The notes beneath the pieces were generated by a model, which was given only the letters and a program-made list of their open reading frames with translations, ran no database searches and was not told the DNA's origin. DNA of 63,599 bases, the filler included, from Pelomyxa schiedti (lineage: Eukaryota; Protista; Evosea): the NCBI GenBank assembly GCA_020536535.1. It is 9 parts of 9 records of this genome, joined end to end, with 100 filler letters (N's around TTAATTAATTAA, not from the genome) between each part and the next. Parts side by side here need not be neighbours in the genome. Positions count along the whole stretch, not along the records: positions 45,470 to 48,042 come from JAHLWZ010001953.1; positions 48,143 to 50,238 come from JAHLWZ010002139.1; positions 50,339 to 51,599 come from JAHLWZ010002641.1; positions 51,700 to 61,968 come from JAHLWZ010001272.1; 5 more parts are not named here. One strand, written 5' to 3'. The translations under genes and the position numbers were made by a program. Shown piece by piece: positions 45,370-57,812 of this stretch. Position 1 is the stretch's first letter. The number at the start of each line of letters is the position of its first letter.

Positions 45370-46033
45370 NNNNNNNNNNNNNNNNNNNNNNNNNNNNNNN
45401 NNNNNNNNNNNNNTTAATTAATTAANNNNNNNNNNNNNNNNNNNNNNNNNNNNNNNNNNNNNNNNNNNNCCATACAGCCGGGGAGCACTCAAGCGCGAGC
45501 TACGTGGGCTCCTCAAGCCCGTCCTGGGCACCGAGGAGGGCAGGCGCCGTGCACTCCAACGCATCAACGGCCACAGATAGAGACATGCCCTAAATGAACC
45601 CCCCGGTTTTGTTTGACACCCTGTGGTCTACTATGTTTTTGGACTACACCTTATGGAACAGTTATTGTACAGCTAGGGAGTTCCTCTGGCGTCGTCTACT
45701 GGGCACACAGAAATTCTCCGGGGTTGATGTTCAATCAGAAATGAAAATTTGGGACTCACACTTTTAATCCTTTGAGTCTTTGGATCTTGCCATGTGATGC
45801 TCCTCCGACGCTGGAAAGACCACGAAACGGTAGAACGTGTCTGGTCCAGACATTTCGGAATTTTCCCTTCAATCAGAGAACCAGGATCGGCCGATCTTCT
45901 GCAGAACCTAGCAACTCCGTGTGCCTGTGGTTTTCCCCACGGCCACACAACGGTGACGAGTGTCCGACGAACCGGTGTCACCGACCCACAACGACCTTGG
46001 CCGCCAACGTCGTCGAAGTGTCGGGGCAGACCA

Positions 46034-46340
46034 ATGACAACGACAACGACAACGGCAACGGCAGCGACAGCGACAGCGACAGCGTCGACAGCGACAACAG
46101 ACCAATGGGGTGGCTTGGATGCGTCACCACTGTGGGCCCGAGACCAGACGTGCGACCTGCTGCTGGCCTCGCGCCCTGGGTGCTGGGGACCCCACAGGCT
46201 GCTGGTCGTCGACGCTGGGGGCGGTGCGCGCGGGGGTCGGGCGGGCGGGACGTGCACGGCTGAGCGGCGGTGCTGGGAATCTCGGTGCTCCTGCTTGGGA
46301 ATGACATGCGTCTCGAGTCCATGTCATCGGTACTAGATAG
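46034..46340 (+). pseudogene. Decayed 5' end of an HPRCG-box family gene
   Basis: MTTTTTTATAATA...SPLWARDQ parallels VVWARDQ of 9708-11231, then degenerates; GC-rich like intact 5' ends. Confidence 0.35.
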
Positions 46341-46738
46341 TGTGTGCCGCGACGTGGGGGTGCGTGGCGAGTGAGTGGAGGTGGTCATGATCATGATCAC
46401 GGCGCTGAATGCTACTGCTGGACAACTCAATGGATTGCCATTTTAAACCATTGTAGAAGATTGTATTATGAACTCTTTGGGGAAAAGCAACAAAGGTTGA
46501 GCTTTCGTGGACGCAAGGAAACGGGCGGAGCAAGGCGCGGAACCTAGCCTGGACTACGGTGCCCAACTTTGGAAGTTGCCCGCTCGGCACCCAGGGGTGA
46601 AGCGAGAAGCGGCACGTGGGCAGGTGCCCTCCGGGACCAAGCCCCGGCTGGATCCGCGCGCCGCGTCGGTGACATAAAGTGACCAGGAAGGGGACGCAAG
46701 ACACCTTTGGCACCATTCCCCTGTGTAGCATTTATAAT

Positions 46739-47143
46739 GTGTACTTCCGCAAAGTACACGAACTCGGCCTTGCTCGCGAGGCTCTGAAGTCTGGTGCGCT
46801 TTAGCGGGATGATTGGAGAGCCTGAGGACTGAGCCGAATCTGGACTATTACCAGAATGAGACAGCGAAGGTAATGATCAGCGCACAGCGCAGCTGGGCGC
46901 ACAAATACAGCAACAACAACGTGGCAGGCGGTTTTGATCACATGCACACTTGTCCGAGAATCCATTTGAACATCGCAGCCTTTTAACCCAATCGCACAAC
47001 CGCTCTGCGAGATTTTACACACTCCCTTTTTACCCCCTTACAACAACAATGACCAAACAAACAAGAGAACACTCTTTATTCTCTTCACTCTCACTCGTTT
47101 TCTTCCTCTGTGGGACTTATTCTCGAGCCCACAGAAGCTAACA
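46739..47143. repeat. Dispersed repeat of about 400 bp, copy 1
   Basis: Aligns end to end with 50527-50921, with abrupt shared boundaries. Confidence 0.95.
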
Positions 47144-47734
47144 ATAAGATCTCTGTTTGCAACAAGATCGCAGCCTTCGTCTTTGTTGTGTTTCCATTTT
47201 TTGGTATGGTGAAGGAAAAGATACGTTGCTATTATGAGCGTAATGTAGTGTACTCTGCATTGCTACATGGGTTGACACTGGTGGATCTGGTGGGTCTGCT
47301 TTGGACACAAGAAGATCCATCACACAGGCAAGCCCAATGGCCATCATACCTATGTTACAATCCCAGCAGCTCTCTATGGAAAATTCTATGAGTCAGTTGA
47401 AGGCAGCTCCATTCTGGTCAACCAGGCAGTCTTTGGAAAATTTGTCATGGTGGTAGCTTTGGCAGACACTTCCTGTACTGCTGTGGGGAGATGTGATTGC
47501 TGTGTTCTTGGATCTTGTGGGTCTCCGGTTCTGCTGCTGCCACTCTGCTCCATGGGCCATTGCCTACCGGCATCATGAGTCCAATTGGGTACACACCTGA
47601 TGAAGAGTTGCAGGAGCAGCCGAACCCAGTGCACCCTTTTTTTCCCAGATTAACAGCTAGTGTGCACACTACAGACACAACTTTTGTTGTACTAAAAGAA
47701 AGTCAATGCTCCGTTTTCAGAAGGAAAAAAAGAC

Positions 47735-47816
47735 TGCGCCGGCTGGGATTCGAACCCAGGCTCCAAAGGAAATGCATCTTGAGTGCACCGCGTTAGACCA
47801 ACTCCGCCACCGACGC
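47735..47816 (-). tRNA. tRNA-Leu(CAA)
   Basis: Acceptor GCGTCGG/CCGGCGC-A; anticodon arm GTGCA-CTCAAGA-TGCAT; long variable arm; GGTTCGAATCC; downstream T7 terminator. Confidence 0.95.
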
Positions 47817-47978
47817 TTAGACATCTAGCAGAAAGGGAGTCCAAAGGCTTAGAAGAGGGACAAAAAGCACAGCCAAATTTTGGTCTTCTCCGAAAAGAGC
47901 TCATTTGTACAAATGCCGGCGGTACTTTCTGCAGGAAAAAGACCAACAATCTGTGCAGGCATTTTCCTCAATGCAGAA

Positions 47979-48042
47979 GCAGGTATGGCCGAGAGGTCTA
48001 AGGCGGCTGATTTAAGCTCAGCTTTCGTGAGATGCGTGGGTT
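47979..48042 (+). tRNA. tRNA-Leu(TAA), 3' end lost at the contig end
   Basis: GCAGGTATGGCCGAGAGGTCTAAGGCG; anticodon arm GCTGA-TTTAAGC-TCAGC; variable arm; GTGGGTT then the gap. Confidence 0.88.
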
Positions 48043-49055
48043 NNNNNNNNNNNNNNNNNNNNNNNNNNNNNNNNNNNNNNNNNNNNTTAATTAATTAANN
48101 NNNNNNNNNNNNNNNNNNNNNNNNNNNNNNNNNNNNNNNNNNAATAACAGCCAACCTCAGATGATCTATATGTAATTGGCGGCGGCCACAAGAACGTGGA
48201 GAGCTTCTGCTATGCAACTGAGATGCGGCACAAGTTTCTCACAGGAAACAACCCATTCCACATTGACATCACACAACCAAACCCAATCATCAAATTCCTT
48301 GGGTGTGCCAACAACACATTCTTCTCCCCACTTCAGTGCTGAAGCCACGCCGTATCAGACACACTCCCTTCCTGTATGCATCCCTCCTTCTGCTTCACAG
48401 TTGTGTACTTGTAAAAAAAGTAAGATGTAATAATGGTGGGAGGTTGAAGGAGGCCATGTGCTGCATAACAAAAACCTGAACCAGAATATTATTTTATTAT
48501 GGCGTTCTTGTATGGTGGTTTTGCTTGGGGAGATCCGGGACAAACGAAGAAATCTAATCTCCGGATATGGCAGCCATGCACTCTGCATTCCGATATTAGC
48601 GCGGGAATCATGGGAAGCATACATGCAAGTTCACCCGGCAAGCGTTCTACCAAGCGCGGGCATGCACTGGTTCAAATCCAAAGCTACAATGGATGAGACT
48701 CTCATTTAACTCCAATTTCACTAATTGGTTTATTCATTGCGTTTATATTTATGGTTTTATTAGCTGCTTTTGGTATGCAAGTATGTACCATAACCACTGG
48801 ATCAAATCCAAAGCAAAATCGTGTTAGTTCTGTTTAAATAATCAGTTTAGAATCATTTCGTTTGTATTTTACTGCTTTATTGGATTGTATTTTTTGTGTT
48901 TTATTAAGAAGTTAACTCTACATACATTTCTGGAAACTACAAAGCCATAAGAAAATTAAGCCTGACATCGCATGCTGTTAGAGCAGTATTTATCGCAAGA
49001 GCAACGGCGGTATCTGCAGCCTTTTACGCGTGTTTTTGTACATTGCGATGAGCTC

Positions 49056-49177
49056 TGTCCTTTTAAGCCTGACTCAAATCCACCGGACAACGCACACGCA
49101 AAATAAAGCAAAAATAACACACCGACACCACACAAGAATAACAAAAACATTATCGTTATCGAATTTTCTTGTTACAC
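49056..49177. repeat. Dispersed repeat of about 120 bp, copy 2
   Basis: Aligns with 13267-13390. Confidence 0.75.
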
Positions 49178-49435
49178 AAAGTACAGATGCCAGTTATTGT
49201 AGTTAAGCAACATGGTGATATGTATACACCATCGTGCATTCTAATCTGTGTTATATTGACGTCTCGGTGCGGCAGGCGATGGGTAATTACGAAGACAAAG
49301 ATCGCAGTCAGTTTTTGCGGAAAAGTGATCATGATGGGCCTGACAGACTGCTATTGTTGTGTGGATATGTTATTTGCGGCCGACGCAATCAATGGCTCAC
49401 CATCAAGATTGGTTTCACTTGCTAAAGCACACAAA

Positions 49436-50238
49436 TTAACAGTGTTTGTTGATTGGGGCGTTGTTGTTAAAAATCCTGAGTGTTGCCAGTTGCGTGCCTG
49501 TGACGGTGTCGCGAATGCAACATGTGGCAACAACAACGTCGTTTCCCGGTTTGGAAGTGGAGGCACAATCACCATCATCAGCCTGTATTTTGACAGCATA
49601 AATTTCATTTGACGAGGAACCACAGCAGTCCCAATTCAGGGGGTCACGTGGGTAGCGCCACGATGGCTTGCTCATCATCATGTCAGAAGCGCTATACACT
49701 TCGCACATTGCCAAATCCTTTCTCACCCAAACAATGTGCCCATTGTTTGAAACAGTAGCAAGGTCATAAGTCCTTGATGGGAATGCACGCACTTGTTGGC
49801 GAGTCACGGTGTTGAACACTTGGTATCCAGTGGCATCGCTGTGCAAAGTGAGGATGGTGTCTGGTGAGGACCAAACCAAGTCGAAGGGAGTCGGGTGCGG
49901 GATTGGACGACTCTCCCTTGCCTTCACCGTCACTCCAGCAGCAACGCTCTTCTCCAGATCAACAAAGGAGATGAGAGGTGCCTTTGGTCCATCGCCCCAA
50001 CTGGTGTTTCCAACAAAAACTATCTCATCACCACACGGTCCATCAAACGGAGGGAACCTCGCACCAAGCCCACCAAGTGGAACCGTGCGTTTCACGCCAA
50101 CACCACGAGATGACACAGGCACACCATTCATCATCCTCCACACAACCAGGTCTTTCTCTGTGTCAAACTTCACCAGCCACTTGCAGTTGCTTCTCCAGAA
50201 GAGGCCTGCCGCGCCGCGACAAATCGTTGCCACCACGT
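49436..50238 (-). CDS. 3' part of a probable HPRCG-box family protein (5' end lost at the contig end)
   Basis: SNCKWLV, ISFVDLEKS and IRDTVTGTQLATL match the family NxKW, VxDxExT/S and VxDxxTG motifs; intronless. Confidence 0.6.
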
Positions 50239-50526
50239 NNNNNNNNNNNNNNNNNNNNNNNNNNNNNNNNNNNNNNNNNNNNTTAATTAATTAANNNNNN
50301 NNNNNNNNNNNNNNNNNNNNNNNNNNNNNNNNNNNNNNCAACACAAGATGCGTGGAGGAGGACTTGGCCTGCACCAAGTGTGTCGAGCACACGTTCTACC
50401 TCCTCCGTTAGCTCATCGTCCTATGATGGCACCTCAAATACATTAACATGGGGGCTACTACGCCTGCAGGTGCGAACATCGATCAGGTCTACTCTGGAAC
50501 CACTGCACACTGGTCAAGATGGTAGT

Positions 50527-50921
50527 GTGTACTTCCGCAAAGTACACGAACTTGGCCTTGCTCGCGAGGCTCTGAAGTCTGGCACGCTGTAGCGGGATTG
50601 GAGAGACTGAGGACTGAGCTGAATCTGGACTATTACCAGAATGAGACAGCAAAGGTAATGATCAGCGCACAGTGCAGCTGGGCGCACAAATACAGCAACA
50701 ACAACGTGGCAGGCAGTTTTGATTACATGCACACTTGTCTGAGAATCCATTTGAACATCGCAGCCTTTTAACCCAATCGCACAACCGCTCTGCGAGATTT
50801 TACACACTCCCTTTTTATCCTTACAACAACGACCAAACAAACAAGAGAACCCTTTCTTCTCTTCACTCTCACTCGTTTTCTTCCTCTGTGGGACTTATTC
50901 TTGAGCCCACAGAAGCTAACA
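50527..50921. repeat. Dispersed repeat of about 400 bp, copy 2
   Basis: Aligns with 46739-47143. Confidence 0.95.
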
Positions 50922-52014
50922 GTAGATGTGTGTTATTTTCCCATTTTCCTTGGAGTCCACACCACTCACTACACTGAGGTGAAGAAACAAGATAAAGGAG
51001 TTGCTTCGGTCACTGTGGACCACATGGCTGAATAAAATAATCAACTCTAACAAGTGTGAGTTGATAAACAATCAAAGGTGAAGAAAGAACAAACTGGTCT
51101 AAGAGACTAACGAAGGCGCTGATCGTCGGCGAGTGGTGTCTGATGGAGTGATGGTGACACTACTAGTCATAGCAGCCGATGAATCACGTTGTGGCGGAGG
51201 AACAGCTTTTTTTTTTCCCTTTTTTGATGTGAGGGGGGATACTAATTTGTAATTGTGGTGTGGCACTTTCGTTTCAAAAGGTGCTGAACATCAGCTTTGG
51301 TTTTCCTGACTCAACTCCCAGCTTTGCGACAACTCTGCTGAGTTCAGCTACTGGTTGTTCTGCAGCATTCCAGGTATGCAGTCCCCTCTTATCTAAAAGC
51401 TGACTAATTAATGGAGGGATTCGCTGAACAGAAGTGCTTGAAAGTTGTTGTATTCCACCAGCCTGCATGCATGCATGCCAATGGATCATATTCGGACTGT
51501 GCTGGGTTGGAGGAGAAATTACTCCAGGTTCATTTCATATGAGATGAAATCCAGCATGTGGACTCAATTTCTTCAGATGTCCAGATCTGCTGAAGAACTN
51601 NNNNNNNNNNNNNNNNNNNNNNNNNNNNNNNNNNNNNNNNNNNTTAATTAATTAANNNNNNNNNNNNNNNNNNNNNNNNNNNNNNNNNNNNNNNNNNNNA
51701 TGCAGGTTGTGCCTCTTCATTCCAAAAATTTCCATACCAACTATCACACAACAGAGAGAAATTGAAGAGAAGAAAAAGTTCCTCCCACAAAAGAGGCACT
51801 AGACCACACATGAATAAAAAAAGAAAAAAATACAACAGGATGACTTTGAACAAACAAAAGGATGGGCCCGGGCATAGTGGGGACCAATTAGAGCAAACAC
51901 TCCAATTGCTCACCAATTGTCGTCTGATTGGCTACCCTGGCTGAGTCCAAACGAAATTTCGCAACAACCAAAAAAAACCAAGAGACGAACAAAAGATTGG
52001 AAAAAAACCACGAG

Positions 52015-55000
52015 ATGAGTTCGGTACCACGCGACATGGAGATCGACCGGCCCGCGGCATCTGCGACAACGTCATCAACGACAGCGACTACCGCATCGCC
52101 ATCCACAACAGCGCCAAACATGACTGGCATTGACACTTCGTTGTACAGCCGACAGATCGCTGCGTTGGACGCGACGGCCCAGCGTCGCATTATGGCGGCG
52201 CGCGTTTTGCTTGTTGTGGGGGGCGGCGCTGGGGCCAGGGGCGGCGGCAGCGGCGTGGGAATTGCTGCGGAGATAGCGAAGGATTTGGTGCTTATGGGAG
52301 TGAACACTCTGTCGATGCTGGATGACGAACCTGTGGTCGTTCAGGACTTGATATCTCAGGTAGGAGGCTGAATTTTCACTACTCTCATACTCCCACTTTT
52401 TCGTGCTCGCTTCACTATAAACGCTAACACGATTAACATGCAGTTCTATCTTACGGAAGCGGACGTGGGAAAGCAGCGGTCAGCAGCCTGTGTGCCAAAG
52501 ATCGCCCAAATGAACCTCAATGTTATTGTTAACTGCGTCTCTGGGGAGCCAAACGAGGCCCTTATCACAAATTATGATGTATACTGGATCTCTTCTTTTA
52601 CTGCCTCTGAGCTAACTCTTCATCTCAGATTGTGGTGCTTACAAATGGTACTCTACAAAAAGCCCTGGCACTTGATGCCATTTGTGTTGCCAAACAGAAG
52701 AAATTCGTGTGGTGTGGCATAAATGGATGTTTTGGCTATCACTTCAACAACTTTGGCGCGGATTTCAACATCTATGACACAAATGGTGAACAACCAAAAT
52801 CCTACATGGTTGCAGGAGTTACACAGGTACTACGAGGTCAGCACTTGAAGCACTCTTAACTTTACTTACAGGAAGAGAGAGGTGTAGTTTCTATTCCTGA
52901 TGACGACACAAGGATGGAGCTTGATGATGGAACCATGATTACTTTTTCAGGTGTAGAGGGTATGACTGAATTGAACGGACTTGCAATGAGGATGAAAAAG
53001 ACTGGTAGGAACTCTTCATATATCTTCTGCACTTACAACTAAGCAGGTCCACATCTCATTCAAATATGTGACACGAGGTCGTTCCACCCCTACGTAGGAG
53101 GTGGCTATATTGTATGATAAGTTGTTTACCATTTTGTGCACTGACTGTATCGCAGAATGAAGTTAAGGAGCTGGCTGCAATGTCTTTTGTATTTTGAACT
53201 CATTTTGTTTCCCATTTAATCCCTGCAAGGCACCTCTGGAGCAAGAACTTCTGAAGCCAACTCTATTTCCATGTGACGAATCAAAACCTGGAAGAGACAA
53301 GAAGTTGTTTGTTGCTTACCGCGTTTTATGGGGCTTCATTACTCAATGTGGACGGTTCCCCAATGTGAGAGACGAGGTTGGTTATCAAAATTCAATGCAA
53401 ATTTCTTAGGAAAAATAGGCGGATGCAAACCAAATAGTGACCATAGCAGAACAGTTCAAACCTCAGTTGCCCAACTTTGCTGAGGTATCAAACATTTGCA
53501 TCTACTGTGAAGTTAACTGGTGAAAGTCTTTTGATGTAGACTTGATCAAGACAATGTCACTTGTTTTCTTGTCTGAGACTTCTGCTCTAACCACTATGTG
53601 GGGAGGAATTTCTGCTCATGAAATAATTAAAGCTGCCTCAGGAAAATATACTCCAATTAAACAGGTTTCACAGTTCCTCAGAAGTTCGCAAATTTCACCT
53701 CAAACATAGTGGCTATTCTTTGATATTACTGAGATATTACCTCCTGCTGAAACTCCAGCGTCCGACTTTGCCCCCCGAGGATGTCGGTATGATGCTCAGA
53801 TATCACTGATCGGGCGAACCATGCAAGACATGATAGGGTCTATCAATGTCTTCCTGGTTTTTTTCCCCTTTCCAACTCAACTTTATCTCTTATAATTTAT
53901 AGGTTGGAGCAGGAGCAATTGGGTGTGAGATTCTAAAAATTTGGGCGATGATGGGTCTCAGTTGTGGTCCTGAAGGTATTTCTTTCTTTTTTTTTTTTTC
54001 TCCTTTTAATTCTGTTCTTTAAGGTCTTATTCACCTAACGGATATGGACACCATTGAAAAATCAAATCTCAGCCGTCAACTCTTATTCCGCAATACTGAC
54101 GTTGATGTATATTCCTTCTTACTCTCATTCCCCAATTTCTCATATCCAACAGAAACCCAAATCACTGGTAGCTTCAGGAGCTGCCAAGGCTATGAACTCA
54201 GACATAAAAATAAAACATTATACTATAAGAGTCGGCCAGGAAACTGAAAGTCAACTCCTTTTCACAAAAAGAACCGTATTAATCTTCCCGCAGATGTCTT
54301 CGATACCAATTTCTACTCCTCTTTACATGCTATATGTGCAGCACTGGACAACGTTCATGCCCGTGCATACCTTGATGGTCGGTGTGTTGCATTTAAGAAA
54401 CTCTTCGTTGAGGGTGGGACACAGGGGCCAAAAGGAAGCACAACTGTATTGACTCTCTTTTTCTCCTTTTTCTTGTTCTCAGATTTCTAGGTTGTTGTTC
54501 CATATATGACTGAGTCTTATGCCACATCGGGTATCCGTGATCCTCCTGAAAAAGAATTCCCTCTATGTTCGTTTCTCTGAGTTATCCCTGTTTCTTACTT
54601 CTGCAAAGGCACAATACACAATTTCCCTAATGCAATTGACCACACCATTGCATGGGGCAGGAATCTCTTCGAAGGAACATTTGTATTGATGTCGCAAGAT
54701 GTCAACTCTTACTTGCGAGATTCGAATTTCTTCAAGGTTTCTTGTAATATATTATTGCCGTGTCATTCTAACATGCTATGTAGTCAATTGCTCAAGATCA
54801 TGAACGTTTCGAGAGACTCACTAGTGTTCACGACAGCTTAGTTGTCAATCGGCCCCGTACATACACTGACTGCTTGCATTGGGGAAGGCGACTTTTTGAA
54901 GAGAAATTTACCAACAACATTAAAAACCTCTTGACGAAGTTCCCTCCCGATGCTATGGCTGAGGGTGGAAAAGGTACACCATCTTCACCCTCGTTTTATT

Positions 55001-56151
55001 AACAGGTTGATAGCAAAATTCTGGAGTCCTCCCAAGAAGTGCCCAATAACTCCACTCTTCGACCCTTCACACACGTATCACAAGATGTTTGTCACAGCAG
55101 CTGCAAATTTACGTGCATTCTGTTTTGGAATTCCAGGTGAACACCGCAACCCTAACAAAAAAAAATCTCTGACTTCTCTCAGTTGTCGAGATGAACGATT
55201 CTATGTTTTCCACAATTATGTCTGAGGTAAATGTTCCTGCTTGGGTTGAAAAAGCTACGGTGGAAGAGGAGACGCCCGAGATTGAAAAATCCATGATGGC
55301 TGCTCTTCCTGCAGCTGTACCCACCCTGAAATTCAATGAGGTGATCTTTGAAAAGGTTGTTCCCAACTTAGTTGCGCTGTGGCGGGTTTTTGACTTCTTC
55401 CCAGGATGATGACAGTAACTCCCATATAGCGTTCATAACAGCATCGTCCAATATACGAGCGGAATGCTACAAAATCCCTGTTGCTGACTTTCACCGCACC
55501 AAGGCTTGCTTTAATTCCATATGCATAGGAAATACTAATTCATGAAGGTGATTGCTGGCAAGATTATCCCTGCGATGATAACAACAACAGCCATAGTGTC
55601 TGGCATGCAATGCCTCCAGCTGTTGGTGGCCTCATACGGCGAGAAGCCCATTACCGCTTACCGGAACCTGTTCCTTAACATAGCTGTACCGCTTTTCGCC
55701 TTCCAGGTAATAATGATGCTTTCTTTTACTCCTTGTATGCTAATGTGGTCTTAGGAGCCGCTTCCTGGTCCCAAGGAACTGTGGGCCGATGCCGATGTTC
55801 CTGTCATCAACGGAGACCCAACTCCTGCCGAACTCGCAGTTTGGCTCAAGGTACTCAACATACCCACTAGCATGACCAAACCTCCTTAATGCAATCCAAG
55901 GAAAACCACAAGTTGACACTCAGCTCAGTCGTTTACGGAGCGAAGCTGCTGGTTGCACCCTTCTCCTACGCCAAGAACAAGAACACCAAGTAATCCCCAA
56001 CAACTACATAGTAAACACCTCTCATTATATCTCACCATATTGCAGGATCAGTCAACTATCCGGAGTAGCCCCAGGCACAAAAGACGTTGAGCTTCTCATC
56101 AGTGTTGACGAGAATGACGACGGCCTTGTTATCCGTGTCGTTTTCCCTTGA
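52015..56151 (+). CDS. Ubiquitin-activating enzyme E1 (UBA1/UBA6 family); about 23 introns
   Basis: DTSLYSRQ; [12 protein letters not shown]; [18 protein letters not shown]; ALDNVHAR; GTQGPKG; catalytic [16 protein letters not shown]; FEKDDDSNSH; [14 protein letters not shown]. Confidence 0.95.
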
Positions 56152-56389
56152 TAATGTACAACCCATAATAGCACACCACGGCGGCATTTTCCTATATCCA
56201 ACGCGGAACGAAACCCACCACATTTTGGCTTGCCAAATGATGTCCTATGCGTTATCTTTCTGCCGTTAATTTGCAAGACAACTTTACAAAAAACAATCCT
56301 GATTCCTTCTTTTTTGTTTGAGGAATAACAAGGAAACCCTAAGTTTTACTGGGTTTTTATATGCATTGGGAGTTTTGTATTAATATTGC

Positions 56390-57518
56390 TTATTGCACAA
56401 CGATCATCCAGGCAATAACAAAGTAGAAGAGGAAAATGGGGTATACTGAGAGTGCCTTCCTGCCTTTAGGTACAACATCCCCCATGAATCCAACGCTTGC
56501 TGTTATGGGTAGTCAGTAGATACAAGGAACAATTGGGTTTGGTACCCCAGGTTGACCAAGCGAAGCAAGGACCAATAACAACAAAGCGCAGCCAGAAGTA
56601 GTCAACATCAAAGATGCTTATTATGTATAGAACAATTGCCCCGGCACAAAGAGGAAACACACAATAGCCAAGCACGCATATACTTTGGAAAATTGAACTG
56701 TATGCAAGATATGAGAAATTTAGAAGCAGTGGGTTTTTTTGAGTGTGGGTATACATGTTTCCTCCCAGGAGTAAGGCATTGATTGTAATGATGAATGCAC
56801 CAACCCAAACAAATACAAAGACAAGTGCAAATACAAGAGCCACTTGGTCGGGTGGGGCGGTGAGTGAAAGGAACCTGGTTTGAATTGGTTTTTATGTTTC
56901 GATTTCCTCCGATACTTACACAGCAAGCAGCATGCAAATGACAAGTGGTCCCCATAGATCCCCTTTCATAAAGGTCAGCTCAATGGGAAAAAAGAACACA
57001 AGCGAACATACAGTCTCGTACAGCATTCTTGGCATTTCCATGAGGCATGATCACATGGAACAGCTTTACACATATTTTCTTAACATCCCGCCACTTTTAA
57101 AAAAAAAAAACAAAAAAAGGTTAGCTCAAACCCACCTCAACAAAAACCAATAGAAATACAGTATACTCCATTCAATCCCACCAACTTCCACCCCAACCCC
57201 TCCCATAATTGTGACACATACGATAGTGAGCCAGACAGGTTCGTCGAGGGTCCTCTCTTGCACGGTAGCAACGGGCGGCGCGTCGGGCATCATCATCCCC
57301 CCGGCGGCCGATGACGATGATGGGAATGGCTCCTGCTTCTCGAACGTCAGCGGGGGCGGCTGCTGGCCGTCGTAGGGCCCCGACCCCGCCGCGTACGCGT
57401 ACGTCGGCGACGGGTCCGCCGCGCTCCCCATCGACGCCGACGTGCTGGTTGTGGTGGTCGTGTATGCCGCCGACGTCGGGGGCTCAGGCGCGGGCTCGAA
57501 GTTCATTTGTGTTGCCAT
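56390..57518 (-). CDS. YIPF6: Yip1-family protein, YIPF6/Yip4-like; multi-exon
   Basis: RTLDEPVWLTI; DLWGPL; FVFVWVGAFIITINALLLGG; SIFQSICVLGYCVFPL; RKALSVYPIFLFY. Confidence 0.88.
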
Positions 57519-57812
57519 TATTTATGTTGGTTTGCCAAATGGAAAGTGGGTGGTGGTGGCGTCGCTGTCCCTGTCGCCTCCTTGTTTCTTTTTGTTTTTT
57601 CCGTGGTATCAGAGGTGTTTTTCGCATCTCAGAGATTCTTTTGGGGCCCCAGGGGATGTCAGCAGGCACAGAGCGACAGGGGGGGGGGATACCCACACTG
57701 ATGTTAGCCAGTAGCCTAGTCACCAGATCCGCCTTATCACTTCAACTCATATTTGATCGTCGTTGATTGGTGAGTGACGTTGACGCGCGGTGTGGGGTAA
57801 ACAACTTTAAAG

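Noticed and set aside
48143-48700. Kelch-like LYVIGG and FLYGG fragments
   Set aside because: No coherent reading frame or repeat spacing could be reconstructed.
51380-51599. Helicase Walker-B-like HFI*DEIQH fragment
   Set aside because: Too short and interrupted by stops; no other helicase motifs are visible.
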